Shown in pieces: positions 1 to 9,638 of a DNA stretch of 64,000 nt. Origin of the DNA: an uncultured Planctomycetaceae bacterium (GTDB lineage: Bacteria; Planctomycetota; Planctomycetia; Isosphaerales; Isosphaeraceae); assembly GCA_963833985.1 (NCBI GenBank), contig CAWIAD010000002.1, positions 6,144,001 through 6,208,000 on the forward strand, in the 5' to 3' direction. A program made the position numbers and the translations under genes. The notes below the pieces were generated by a model. The model searched no databases and was not told the origin of the DNA. It saw only the letters and a program-made list of their open reading frames with translations. How positions within the stretch are numbered: the first letter of the stretch is position 1; each line of letters opens with the position of its first letter.

Positions 1-625
1 GGCGGGGAGCCTGGTGGCCGCGCTCGGCTTCGCGCTGGCGGGGCCGTCGCCTGTCCTCTCGCTGACGCTGCCGTGGCTCGGGCGTCTTGAGTTGCCTTTC
101 CACCTGCTGGCCGGATTGCTTGGCCTGGGACTGGGGCTGGCATTCCTCCTCGTGGTGCTGCCCCCCTGCTTCCGCCGACTGGCCATGGTTGTGAGTATGC
201 CCATGCCCGGCGTGGGTCCCGACGCCCTGCCCAGGCTCTCCGCCGGGTTACTGGCACGCGGGCTGGGGCGCGGGGTGGCGTCCTGGTTGCTCCTGGGCTT
301 GAGCCAGATCCTGGTGGTCCGCGGGCTCGTTCCCGCGACCCGGTTCGAGTTCTGGAGCGTGGCGGCCGTGGTGGTGGCCAGCGTCGCGCTGGCCACCGTG
401 GCGGGGTTCGTGGTCGCGGTGCTGCCCGGCGGCCTGGGCGTCCGCGAGGGTGTGCTCATGTTCGCATTCGGGCCGGTGTTCGGGCAGGACCTCGCGGTCG
501 TGGCGGCCCTGGCGCTGCGGCTGGTCTGGGTGGCCGCCGAGGTCGTGGCGGCCGCGTTGCTTTCCGGCCCCTGGTTCGGCTCAAGGGATGCGGCTTTACC
601 GACCGAGGGTCCGGGTCTGGCATGA
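1..625 (+). CDS. Lysylphosphatidylglycerol synthase TM / flippase-like membrane protein (5' truncated by window edge)
   Basis: Very hydrophobic ORF open to the window start; family motif '[17 protein letters not shown]...ALRLVW'; stop overlaps GT2 start (ATGA). Confidence 0.8.
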   Translation, partial: AGSLVAALGFALAGPSPVLSLTLPWLGRLELPFHLLAGLLGLGLGLAFLLVVLPPCFRRLAMVVSMPMPGVGPDALPRLSAGLLARGLGRGVASWLLLGLSQILVVRGLVPATRFEFWSVAAVVVASVALATVAGFVVAVLPGGLGVREGVLMFAFGPVFGQDLAVVAALALRLVWVAAEVVAAALLSGPWFGSRDAALPTEGPGLA

Positions 626-1614
626 TTTCCGTTGTCGTTCCGGTGTTCAACGAGGAACAGAGCCTCGCCACGCTGCACGGCGAGCTGGATGCCGTCTTTC
701 GCGCACCGGCCGAGGGGCCGGTCGAGTTCCTGTACGTCGATGATGGCAGCCGCGACGGATCATGGAACGTCCTCCGCGAGCTGGCCCGGCGTGATCCGCG
801 GGTCCGTGCCATTCGCTTTCGCCGCAATTTTGGGAAGGCCGCCGCGCTTTCGGCGGGCTTCCGCGCGGCCCGCGGCGAGCGCATCTTCACCCTCGACGCG
901 GACTTGCAGGACGATCCGGCCGAGATTCCCCGCTTCCTGTCCCGGCTTGATGAGGGGTACGACGTGGTCAGCGGCTGGAAGAAGACGCGCCACGATCCCT
1001 GGCACAAGGTGTATCCCAGCCGGGTCTTCAACTGGATGGTCAGCGCGCTTTCCGGCTGCCACCTGCACGACCACAACTGCGGGTTCAAAGTCTACCGGAG
1101 CGAGGTCGTCCATGAGGTGGAGATCTACGGCGAGCTGCACCGCTTCGTGCCGGTACTGGCGCACGCCCGGGGTTTCCGCGTGGCCGAGGTCGTGGTCCAG
1201 CATCGGCCGAGACGCCATGGGACCTCCAAGTATGGCTTTTCCCGGTTCCTGAAGGGTTTTCTCGATCTGCTCACCGTGCGCTTCCTCACCCGGTTTCGCG
1301 AGCGGCCCTTGCATCTGCTGGGCGGAACGGGGCTCGTGCTGCTGGGGTGCGGGCTGCTGGGGATGGGTTACCTGGCCGCGATCTGGGTACTGGGATACTG
1401 GGTTCCCGGTTACCGTCCCATCGGCGTCCGGCCCATGCTTTTCTACTCGATTGCCTTGCTGATCGTGGGCATGCAGCTCCTGAGCCTGGGCATCCTGGCC
1501 GAGCTGGTCACCGCTTACAGCATTCGCGGCGAAGACACGTACAGTATCGCAGAGACCACTCCGCCCCATTCCGACGCCAACGCGCCGGTCGGCGGCTCCT
1601 CACAAGCGCGTTGA
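622..1614 (+). CDS. Glycosyltransferase family 2, polyprenol-phosphate glycosyltransferase (ArnC/GtrB/DPM1-like)
   Basis: [43 protein letters not shown] motifs; two C-terminal TM helices. Confidence 0.93.
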   Translation: MISVVVPVFNEEQSLATLHGELDAVFRAPAEGPVEFLYVDDGSRDGSWNVLRELARRDPRVRAIRFRRNFGKAAALSAGFRAARGERIFTLDADLQDDPAEIPRFLSRLDEGYDVVSGWKKTRHDPWHKVYPSRVFNWMVSALSGCHLHDHNCGFKVYRSEVVHEVEIYGELHRFVPVLAHARGFRVAEVVVQHRPRRHGTSKYGFSRFLKGFLDLLTVRFLTRFRERPLHLLGGTGLVLLGCGLLGMGYLAAIWVLGYWVPGYRPIGVRPMLFYSIALLIVGMQLLSLGILAELVTAYSIRGEDTYSIAETTPPHSDANAPVGGSSQAR

Positions 1615-1699
1615 CAGAGCGCGTGATCGCTTCGATGCTAGAGTTCTGCGCCGCGATGGTCGGCCCCGCGCGAGCCTTCCTGTTGCCCCGAGCTTCTTC

Positions 1700-3397
1700 A
1701 TGATAGACCCGGAATCGGATCTCGAACCGCGCCGCCCCGAATCGCGGCGCTTTCTGGCACTGGTCGTGATCACCGCGGCCGTGGCGCTGACCCTGGGCGT
1801 GATGCTCCGGCAGCCCGCGATGATGGGCGCGAATGACATCTCGCGCTGGTGTACGGTCTGGAGCCTGCTGGAACGCGGGACGTACGTCATCGATGAATGC
1901 CCGTGGCTGACCGAGACCCAGGACAAGGTATCAGACGCCGTCAAGGGGCAGAGCGCCGGTGCGGAACCGGTGAAGCATTACTTCTCCAGCAAGCCCGCGC
2001 TCTTGCCCACGCTGATCGCGGCGTTACTCTACCCGGCCCGCAAGCTTTCGGGCATACCGCTCGACCGTGTGGTCCTGCAAGAGCGGGAAGAGCGGTGGGT
2101 CCAGAAGCCTGATCCCGATCATCCCGGCAAGCAGATCGGGGTCCTCGAAAAGCCGAAGGACGCCGTGAAGTGGTCGGCCCACGTCTTCTATTTCAAGGCC
2201 GTGCTGCTGCTGCTGAACATCGTGCCGTTCTGGGTGTTCCTGCTCCTGTACGCGAGGATCCTGGACCGATACGCCGGCAACGACTGGGCCTGGTGCTTCA
2301 GCCTGGTCGCCGGGGCGCTGGGAACCTACCTGCTTCCCTTCACGCAGACATTGAACAATCACACGATTGCCGCGTTCAGCGCGTTCTTCGCGCTGTACCA
2401 CTTCTTGCGAATCTGGGACGAAGGGCTGGTCTCGGCCTGGCGGTTCGCGTCGGTCGGGTTCTGGGCGGCGTTCACCGAGGTCAATGAGTTGCCGGCGCTG
2501 TCGTTTCTGGCGCTGGTGGCCGGGCTGTTGCTGTTTCGCTTCCCGAGGCGGACGTTGCTCTACTTCCTTCCCGCGGCCCTGATTCCCGTTGTGGCCTCGG
2601 TGGCCGCGCAGTATGCGGCGCTCGGTGAGTTTCGACTTGTGTATACCGAGTTCGGCACCGAGAGCTACCGCTGGGAAGGAAGCTTGTGGAAGTCACCCCT
2701 GGAGCTCGACGCGCTGAATGTTCCGTGGCTCGATCCGCAGGAGGCTGCGCGGCGCGGCATCACGCGCGAGCCGTACGGGCTTTATCTCTTTCACATGACG
2801 CTGGGGCACCACGGGTTCTGGTCGCTCTCGCCGATCTTCTTCTGCTCGCTGTGGGGAGTCTACCGGCTGCTGCGCGGAGGGGGCCGGTGGCTGGCGGTCC
2901 TTGCCTGGCTCACGCTGCTCGCGGGCATCGGACTGGTATGCTTTTATGAATACGACCCGGCGGCCTGGTCAAGCGGCGGAAGGCTGCGAGCGTACGTCTG
3001 GGTGTTCCTCTCGATTCCCGCCCTGGCGGTGCTGCTGGCCTTTCTGAGCTGGCTGCTGCTGCTGAGAAAAGGAGGCGAGCCGATGGCCGCGGCCGCCTGG
3101 ATGACGGCGCTGCTCACGACGGTGGTGCTGGCCTTTTACACCTGGAACCCGCTGGCGCGGAATTACGGGGGCTCGACGCAAGGCCTGCGCTGGGTTTTCT
3201 GGTTGATCCCGTTCTGGCTTCTGGCGCTCCCCAAGGGCGTGGAGCAAGGCCAGACCCGGCCGGTGGTCCGCTTTCTGAGCCTGGCGGCCCTGGCGCTTTC
3301 CGTGCTTTCCGCGGGCTATGCCCTGCGCAATCCGTGGACGCATCCCTGGATCCTGGATGCGCTCGAGCACGTGGGGCTGTACCAGCTTCCACGTTGA
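1700..3397 (+). CDS. Multi-pass membrane protein, probable GT-C fold glycosyltransferase
   Basis: 565 aa with many TM segments; 'ANDISRW' in first loop, 'YFSSKP', 'NNH', 'NYGG..QGLRW'; located after GT2 and flippase-like genes. Confidence 0.55.
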   Translation: MIDPESDLEPRRPESRRFLALVVITAAVALTLGVMLRQPAMMGANDISRWCTVWSLLERGTYVIDECPWLTETQDKVSDAVKGQSAGAEPVKHYFSSKPALLPTLIAALLYPARKLSGIPLDRVVLQEREERWVQKPDPDHPGKQIGVLEKPKDAVKWSAHVFYFKAVLLLLNIVPFWVFLLLYARILDRYAGNDWAWCFSLVAGALGTYLLPFTQTLNNHTIAAFSAFFALYHFLRIWDEGLVSAWRFASVGFWAAFTEVNELPALSFLALVAGLLLFRFPRRTLLYFLPAALIPVVASVAAQYAALGEFRLVYTEFGTESYRWEGSLWKSPLELDALNVPWLDPQEAARRGITREPYGLYLFHMTLGHHGFWSLSPIFFCSLWGVYRLLRGGGRWLAVLAWLTLLAGIGLVCFYEYDPAAWSSGGRLRAYVWVFLSIPALAVLLAFLSWLLLLRKGGEPMAAAAWMTALLTTVVLAFYTWNPLARNYGGSTQGLRWVFWLIPFWLLALPKGVEQGQTRPVVRFLSLAALALSVLSAGYALRNPWTHPWILDALEHVGLYQLPR

Positions 3398-3528
3398 GCC
3401 GGCCATGCGGGGCCATGTGGCAGAAGCCGTCGGCGGCATGCACGGCGGGCTGGCAGGGTGAATACACGCTTCGATGAGGCAATCGGTCGCTTCGATGTAT
3501 CAGGTTTCATAAAGTATCTAGAACTACC

Positions 3529-3558
3529 TTGACTTGTGAGCGGCGATGGATCTAGTCT
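3529..3558 (+). promoter_or_regulatory. Candidate sigma70 promoter for the PRT/hydrolase/USP genes
   Basis: TTGACT-N18-TAGTCT in an AT-richer intergenic stretch; direct repeat CGCTTCGATG at 3467 and 3488 upstream. Confidence 0.35.
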
Positions 3559-3681
3559 GAAGGATATCGGGATGGAGCGGCCTCGGCATTTTCCCGTGCG
3601 GCGCCGCGTGTGAATCAGTGCTAAGAGGGCACCGTTCGGACGAATCCGGACCGGTAGCCCGGCCGAACCCAGGGTGGCGTC

Positions 3682-4395
3682 ATGAGCGTGTCGTTTGCGG
3701 ATCGGTACGAGGCAGGCCGGGTCCTGGCCGAAGACCTGCGCGAGTACGCGGGGCGCGGCGACGTGACCGTGCTGGGCTTGCCACGCGGCGGCGTGCCGGT
3801 GGCCTACGAACTGGCGCGGGCTCTGCAAGTACCGCTGGATATCTTCCTGGTACGGAAGCTCGGAGCACCCGGACAGGAAGAGCTGGCGATGGGGGCCATC
3901 GCCTCTGGTGGAGTGGTGGTGATCAACGACGAGGTGGTCGACGCGCTCAAGATCCCCTGGGAAGCGGTGGAAGCGGAGATCGCGCGGCAGCGTATGGAGC
4001 TGACCCGGCGCGAGCTGTTATATCGGGGCACCCGCCGCCGGCTCGACGTGTCGGGTCGCACGGTGATTCTGGTGGACGACGGCCTGGCGACCGGATCCAC
4101 GATGCGTGCCGCGGTGCAGGCGCTGCGGCGCAAGAACCCCGCCCGCATCATCGTGGCCGTGCCGACGGCGGCACCGAGCACGGCCAATGAGTTTCGGGCC
4201 ATCGCCGACGACTGCATCGCATCGATTACCCCCGAGCCGTTCCGCGCGGTCGGCCTCTGGTACGAGAATTTTGACCAGACGAGCGATGAAGAAGTCATCG
4301 ACCTCCTGGCCAGGCCTGCCGCGAACGCAGGCTCCGAGCCGCCGGGTCCGCTGGGGCTCGCTCCGCCGGTCAACTCCGATCCGGTGGCGCAATGA
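3682..4395 (+). CDS. Phosphoribosyltransferase family protein
   Basis: FADRYEAGRVLA, LPRGGVPVA, PRPP-binding VILVDDGLATGST, AVGLWYENF. Confidence 0.92.
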   Translation: MSVSFADRYEAGRVLAEDLREYAGRGDVTVLGLPRGGVPVAYELARALQVPLDIFLVRKLGAPGQEELAMGAIASGGVVVINDEVVDALKIPWEAVEAEIARQRMELTRRELLYRGTRRRLDVSGRTVILVDDGLATGSTMRAAVQALRRKNPARIIVAVPTAAPSTANEFRAIADDCIASITPEPFRAVGLWYENFDQTSDEEVIDLLARPAANAGSEPPGPLGLAPPVNSDPVAQ

Positions 4396-4510
4396 TCGCC
4401 GGAACCAAATCGCAATCGCCTCCTTGATGGGGGAGCATCAGCCAGGGGTTTGAGACTCTTCTCGAGCGATTCCCGGACCTTGCTACGAAATCTGCCAGGG
4501 AGACCGCTCC

Positions 4511-5179
4511 ATGAGTGCCAGCACGCAGCACGCGTTTCCGGAACGCAAGGTCGAGATCGCGGCCGGCCGGCGGACCGTGCGCGGCAGCCTGATCGTACCC
4601 ACGGGGGCATCGGGGGTCGTGGTCTTTGCCCATGGCAGCGGGAGCGGCCGTTTCAGCCCGCGCAACCAGTTCGTCGCCAGAATGCTCCAGCCGTCGAGGC
4701 TTGCCACGCTGCTGATCGACCTGCTCGAGGAAGATGAGGCCGAGGACCACTTGCTGGTGTTTGATATCGTGCTTCTGGCAGACCGACTTGAAGCCGCAGC
4801 GGAATGGCTGGCCGCGGAGGCGGAAACCCGGCAGATGCGGCTTGGTTACTTCGGCGCCAGTACCGGTGCGGCCGCAGCCTTGCTGGCTGCCAGCCGGCGG
4901 CCGGGCACGGTTGCCGCGATTGTCTCGAGGGGAGGGCGGCCCGACCTGGCGCGGGAGGCGCTTCCCCAGGTCACCGCGCCGACGCGGCTCATCGTCGGCG
5001 GCGATGACGACGTGGTGCTGCAACTGAACCGGGAGGCTTACGAGCTGCTGCGCTGTCCGAGGCTGCTCGACATTGTTCCCGGGGCCAGCCACCTGTTCTC
5101 CGAGCCGGGCGCCCTGGAAGAGGTCGCCCGGCTGGCGGAGGAGTGGTTCCTCCGCCACCTGGCTTCTGTTCCGGCATGA
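4511..5179 (+). CDS. Alpha/beta hydrolase, dienelactone hydrolase-like
   Basis: VVFAHGSGSGRFSPRN, GYFGASTG nucleophile elbow, SRGGRPDLA, GASHLF. Confidence 0.88.
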   Translation: MSASTQHAFPERKVEIAAGRRTVRGSLIVPTGASGVVVFAHGSGSGRFSPRNQFVARMLQPSRLATLLIDLLEEDEAEDHLLVFDIVLLADRLEAAAEWLAAEAETRQMRLGYFGASTGAAAALLAASRRPGTVAAIVSRGGRPDLAREALPQVTAPTRLIVGGDDDVVLQLNREAYELLRCPRLLDIVPGASHLFSEPGALEEVARLAEEWFLRHLASVPA

Positions 5180-5231
5180 CGACGCCCGTGACGGCCGGTT
5201 CCGCCGGACCAGGGATCCGGAGGTAAGTCCC

Positions 5232-5756
5232 ATGATCCCCATCAAAACGATCCTGCACCCGACGGATTTTTCCAGGCCGTCGGAACATGCCCTGAAATTT
5301 GCAGGCGCACTGGCGCGTGACTACGAGGCACGCTTGCTGCTCCTGCATGTCGTCGAACCGCCCGTATATTATGGCGAGCTGGGCATGGCTGTCCCACTGC
5401 CCGCGGACTTTCACGAGAACTTGCAGCACCGACTGCACAAGCTGGCGGCGACGGAGCCGGCCGTGCGGGTGGAAACCATGCTCGTCGAGGGAAACGCCGG
5501 GCAGCAGATCCTGCACGTGGCGGAAGCACAGCAGTGCGACCTGATCGTGCTGGGGACGCACGGTCGGACGGGCCTGTCCCGCGTGCTGCTGGGCAGCGTG
5601 GCCGAGGACGTGATCCGGCACTCCCCGGTGCCCGTGCTCACGCTCAAGTCGCTGGCCCCGGTCCGTGGCGCGCGCCTGGATGACGCCAGGCCGGGCGCCG
5701 CGGCAGGCAAGGAGGCCCCTCAGCAAGCGGGCGGAAGCGTTCTGGTCAGCTCATGA
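5232..5756 (+). CDS. Universal stress protein (UspA family)
   Basis: Start moved to ATG 5232 after GGAGG; ILHPTDFS, DLIVLGTHGRTG, LGSVAEDV. Confidence 0.93.
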   Translation: MIPIKTILHPTDFSRPSEHALKFAGALARDYEARLLLLHVVEPPVYYGELGMAVPLPADFHENLQHRLHKLAATEPAVRVETMLVEGNAGQQILHVAEAQQCDLIVLGTHGRTGLSRVLLGSVAEDVIRHSPVPVLTLKSLAPVRGARLDDARPGAAAGKEAPQQAGGSVLVSS

Positions 5757-5887
5757 GCCGCGTGCCGGTTATTGCGGCATGACGATGAACCACGAAGCCC
5801 CACGGGCAACTCGCTCGTACGAGCACACGGCCGAGGCTGCGCCCGAAGCCGCCCCAGGCAGGGACGACGCGGGTCCGGCCTTCGACC

Positions 5888-6511
5888 TCAGAGTGCCTTC
5901 AGCTCCAGGTCGTCGAACTCGGTCTGCGCGTCGGATTTCGACCAGAGGCCAGTCTTGCCTGAAGCTGAAAACGTTGTGTCGTGCAGTTCCAGAAGCATCA
6001 CGCCGTCCTTGAAGCAAACGATGTGATCGCCTCTCATGGTGACGCGCAGGCGGCACCATGGCCCCTGGAGCTTGGCCTCGGCGCTCTGGAGCAAGGTGCG
6101 CTTGCCGTTGACCACCGTGTAGACCCGGAAATTATTCTCCAGCGGGTTGAAGCGGGCGACATAGTAGTTGCCAGCGTCCCGCGCTCTCCAGATGAGTCCT
6201 CCGCCCTGGTCGTTCTGGCCCGCGATGGGACGCAGTTTGACAGAGAGATCAACGTCCTGAGTGTCGTGGTCGTTGATGAGCAGCACGTTGAAGACCTGGT
6301 CCGGGTTGCGGGCGACCTGCGTGAGCACCTTGCCACCGTCGTACTCGATGATCATCCACCGCCCGACGGCCGCGGCGAAACCCTGTGGAAGCGTGCCGGT
6401 CCGCTCGTTGTCGAAGTCCCAGGTGGTTCCGGCACCGGCTGTTGCGGCGAGCGCGAGGCATACGAGGGCAGGAGCCACGCAAGCCGTCCGGCACCGCATT
6501 TTTTCGTTCAT
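5888..6511 (-). CDS. Secreted concanavalin/LamG-like (DUF1080-related) beta-sandwich protein
   Basis: Signal peptide, then WDFD, QGGGLIWR..D..NYYVARFN, SGKTGLWSKSDAQTEFDDL; start overlaps kinase stop. Confidence 0.7.
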   Translation of the reverse strand: MNEKMRCRTACVAPALVCLALAATAGAGTTWDFDNERTGTLPQGFAAAVGRWMIIEYDGGKVLTQVARNPDQVFNVLLINDHDTQDVDLSVKLRPIAGQNDQGGGLIWRARDAGNYYVARFNPLENNFRVYTVVNGKRTLLQSAEAKLQGPWCRLRVTMRGDHIVCFKDGVMLLELHDTTFSASGKTGLWSKSDAQTEFDDLELKAL

Positions 6512-7950
6512 GGGTAGATCACTCCGTTCGTGACCGTGGCTGCCAGTTCGGTGACGGAAGGCCGGCGCGCGATCGCTTCGGGTAAGGTGAGCGTGACCTG
6601 AGTTCCCGTTCCGGGCTGGCTGGTGACCTCGATCGTCCCCTGGTGGGCCTCGGCGATGGACTTGCAGATGGCAAGCCCCAGGCCGTCGCCGCCGGTGCGC
6701 CGGCTGCGGGCGGAGTCGACCCGGTAGAAGCGGTCAAAGATGCGCGGAAGATGCTCGGCCGCAATGCCGATGCCGCGGTCCGAGACGACGACCTTGACCT
6801 CTCCCTTCGGTTTCTCGAGCCGGATGCCAATGCGGCCGCCGGCCGGTGTGAATTTCAGCGCGTTGTCCAGCAAGTTGAGCAGCAGGCGGCGGATTTGCTC
6901 GGCGTTGCCCAGCACATAGCACGGCAGCGCTGCGTCCACGATGAGCTCCTGCTTCTGCTCGGACGCCACGACCCGGATGTCGTCCGCGACCTCGCGGACA
7001 ATCGCTTCCAGGTCAAGGACTGCTCCGTTTTGAGCGCCGAGACCTGCGTCTTCGCGGAAAAGAAAGAGCAGGACATCACTCAGTCGGGAGAGGTGGTCAA
7101 TCTCTTCGAGCATGTTTTCCAGGCAGTCGCGGTACTGTTCGGAATCTCTCGGGATGCGCAAGGCGACCTCGGCCTCGTTGCGGAGGATCGCCAGCGGGGT
7201 ACGCAACTCGTGCGCGGCATCGGCCGTGAACCGCCTCACTTCCTCGAACGAGCGCTCCAGCCTGGAGATCATGCCGTTGAGCGTGCGCGCCAGACGTCCC
7301 AGCTCGTCATCGTGGTTGGGTACTTCAAGGCGCCGGTCCAGCCGGGTGGCAGTGATCTCATCGGCCGCGGCCGCCATCTTTTCCACGGGCGCCAGCGCCT
7401 GGCGGGCCAGCACGTAGCCGCTACCGAGCGTGCATCCCAGCGCCAGCGGACCGAGCAGCAGCAAGATGGCCAGCAGTTCGCCCTGTTCCCTCTCGTTTTC
7501 TTTCAGCGACGTGGCCACCTGGAGCAGCAAGGGCGCTTTGCTGTCAGTTGTGAGCCGGCTGACCATGCGGAACCGGCCGGCGCCGGCTACCTGGAAATTG
7601 TCGAAGACGTCACGGCCCTTCACCGCCGGTCTCGAGGGCGGAGGGAGCGGGCGCTCGCGGATTCGTTCGCCACGCATCCAGACCCTGCCGCCCGCGTCGG
7701 TGACCTGGATATCAAAGATGGGATGCCGCGCGTACTGACGTTCCAGGCGGTCACGGATCGGCCAGCGGTCGCTGGACCGCATGATCTGGTCCTCGATCAC
7801 TCGGGCCTGGATCAGCAGGCTCTCGCTCGTCCGGTTCTGGAGCACCCGCTGCATCAGCAGGTAGACGCCGATGCTAAAAACGACGAGCACGCCGGCCAGC
7901 ACGCCGCTGAACCAGAGAGCCAGCCGCCAGCGAATACTCGCACCCCTCAT
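6508..7950 (-). CDS. Sensor histidine kinase, heavy-metal CusS/CzcS-like
   Basis: Two TM helices, HAMP (DELGRLA), H-box FTADAAHELRTPL, N-box NLLDNALKF, G-boxes DRGIGI and GLGLAI. Confidence 0.92.
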   Translation of the reverse strand: MRGASIRWRLALWFSGVLAGVLVVFSIGVYLLMQRVLQNRTSESLLIQARVIEDQIMRSSDRWPIRDRLERQYARHPIFDIQVTDAGGRVWMRGERIRERPLPPPSRPAVKGRDVFDNFQVAGAGRFRMVSRLTTDSKAPLLLQVATSLKENEREQGELLAILLLLGPLALGCTLGSGYVLARQALAPVEKMAAAADEITATRLDRRLEVPNHDDELGRLARTLNGMISRLERSFEEVRRFTADAAHELRTPLAILRNEAEVALRIPRDSEQYRDCLENMLEEIDHLSRLSDVLLFLFREDAGLGAQNGAVLDLEAIVREVADDIRVVASEQKQELIVDAALPCYVLGNAEQIRRLLLNLLDNALKFTPAGGRIGIRLEKPKGEVKVVVSDRGIGIAAEHLPRIFDRFYRVDSARSRRTGGDGLGLAICKSIAEAHQGTIEVTSQPGTGTQVTLTLPEAIARRPSVTELAATVTNGVIYP

Positions 7951-8624
7951 ACGCCGTCCCTCAACGCGTAGCCGACGCCGCGAACCGTATGAATCAGGGT
8001 CTTCTTCTCGGGCCGCTCAATCTTCTTGCGGAGAAGCGTGATGTAAACATCAATGGTGTTCGTCAGCGTACCCGTACCTTCTTTCCAGACTTCACGAGCA
8101 ATCATGTCGCGCGTGACCGCCGTGTTCTTGTTGCGCAGCAAGAACTCGAGCAGTTCGAACTCGCGCCGGGTGAGATCGATCTCCAGGCCGCCCCGCGTGA
8201 CCGAGCGGCTGATCAGGTTCATCTCCAGATCGTCGGCCTTCAAGCAGAGGTCGCGATTGACGATGTCGCGGCGCAGGAGAGCTCGAATCCGTGCCAGCAG
8301 TTCCGCGAAGGCGAATGGTTTGGCCAGGTAATCGTCGGCCCCGGAATCCAGCCCCTGCACGCGATCTTCCACCTGGTCACGCGCGGTCAGGATGAGGACC
8401 GGCTTGGTGAATCCGTCATTCCTCAGGCTGCGCAGCACGTCCAGCCCGTCGCGCTCGGGGAGCATCAAATCCAGCACGATCGCATCGATCGGCTTGCTCT
8501 TCGCCTGAAGATAGCCTTCCTCGCCAGTCAGAGCCGAGATCACATCGTAGCCCTCTTCAGAGAGACCGCGCTCCAGGCTCTGGAGCAGTTTCCGCTGGTC
8601 CTCAATGACGAGCAGGCGAGGCAT
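7947..8624 (-). CDS. OmpR-family DNA-binding response regulator
   Basis: LLVIED, LDLMLP, GADDYLAKPF, IHTVRGVGY; coupled to the kinase. Confidence 0.95.
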   Translation of the reverse strand: MPRLLVIEDQRKLLQSLERGLSEEGYDVISALTGEEGYLQAKSKPIDAIVLDLMLPERDGLDVLRSLRNDGFTKPVLILTARDQVEDRVQGLDSGADDYLAKPFAFAELLARIRALLRRDIVNRDLCLKADDLEMNLISRSVTRGGLEIDLTRREFELLEFLLRNKNTAVTRDMIAREVWKEGTGTLTNTIDVYITLLRKKIERPEKKTLIHTVRGVGYALRDGV

Positions 8625-8878
8625 GGTGAACCTCCGTAAGCTGTACGGTGATCTTCGAGGGAGGAGTCCTGCGATTGCCTCAGGTTAACAGGTACAAACG
8701 CCCGGGTCATCTTCGGAATGGTAAAAAGTCTTTAATTTGACAGAGCCGTTGGACCACGGCTGGAAGCTCGGATCACTGGCTTTGAGTTGCCCGTCCGTCC
8801 GGCTACACTGGGGCCGCGGCGTGTCTCCGCGAAGGCTGTGGTCCGTTCGCTCCCGCTCTTGACGATAAGGGCATTCTC

Positions 8879-9637
8879 GTGCGGCTTCAAGAACTGAGCT
8901 GGCCCGCGATTGCGGCCGCTTCCGCGAACGTCCCGGTGGTGCTTCCCATTGCCGCTGTGGAGCAGCACGGCCGGCACCTGCCCGTATTGACCGACAGCCT
9001 GCTGCTGGAGGAGATCGTGCGCAGGGCGGCCGACGCGCTCGGCGACCGCATCATCTGGGCTCCGCTGCTCTGGCTGGGCAACTCGCATCACCATCTGGAC
9101 TTCGCCGGCACCCTCTCGGCCGCGCCGCGGACTTATCTGGACGTGCTGGGGGGGCTCATCGATAACGTCCTGACGCATGGTTTCCGACGCGTCGTCTTGC
9201 TCAACGGCCACGGCGGCAACATCGTACCGGCGAGCCAGGCGGTCTTCGAGGCACGCCAGCGCTATCGCCAGCGCGCGGACCTCCTGTTCCTCTCGGCCAC
9301 CTACTGGCTGCTGGGCGCAGGACCGCACGGTCCAGAGGCCGGGTTCGCGCAGGACCGCATGGGCCATGCCTGTGAGTGGGAAACCTCCATGATCCTCCAG
9401 CTCGCTCCGCACCTGGTCGGCGACCTGGAGGCGATCGAGCCGGTCCCGTTCGGCAATCCCTTCGAGCCCGCGACCCGCGGCTGGATCACACGGGAACGCA
9501 GCGCCCCGGGCCATATTGGCGACCCTCGCCAGGCGACGGCCGCCAAGGGTGAGACCCTGTTTCGCCGCTTCGCGGACGACGTTGTGGCCTTCCTGGAGCG
9601 CGTGCTCGCCTGGGATGGACGGTCGTGGGATGGTTGA
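8879..9637 (+). CDS. Creatininase / creatinine amidohydrolase family protein
   Basis: EQHGRHLP..D, SHHH, NGHGGN, GHACEWETS motifs. Confidence 0.9.
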   Translation: MRLQELSWPAIAAASANVPVVLPIAAVEQHGRHLPVLTDSLLLEEIVRRAADALGDRIIWAPLLWLGNSHHHLDFAGTLSAAPRTYLDVLGGLIDNVLTHGFRRVVLLNGHGGNIVPASQAVFEARQRYRQRADLLFLSATYWLLGAGPHGPEAGFAQDRMGHACEWETSMILQLAPHLVGDLEAIEPVPFGNPFEPATRGWITRERSAPGHIGDPRQATAAKGETLFRRFADDVVAFLERVLAWDGRSWDG

Positions 9638-9638
9638 C

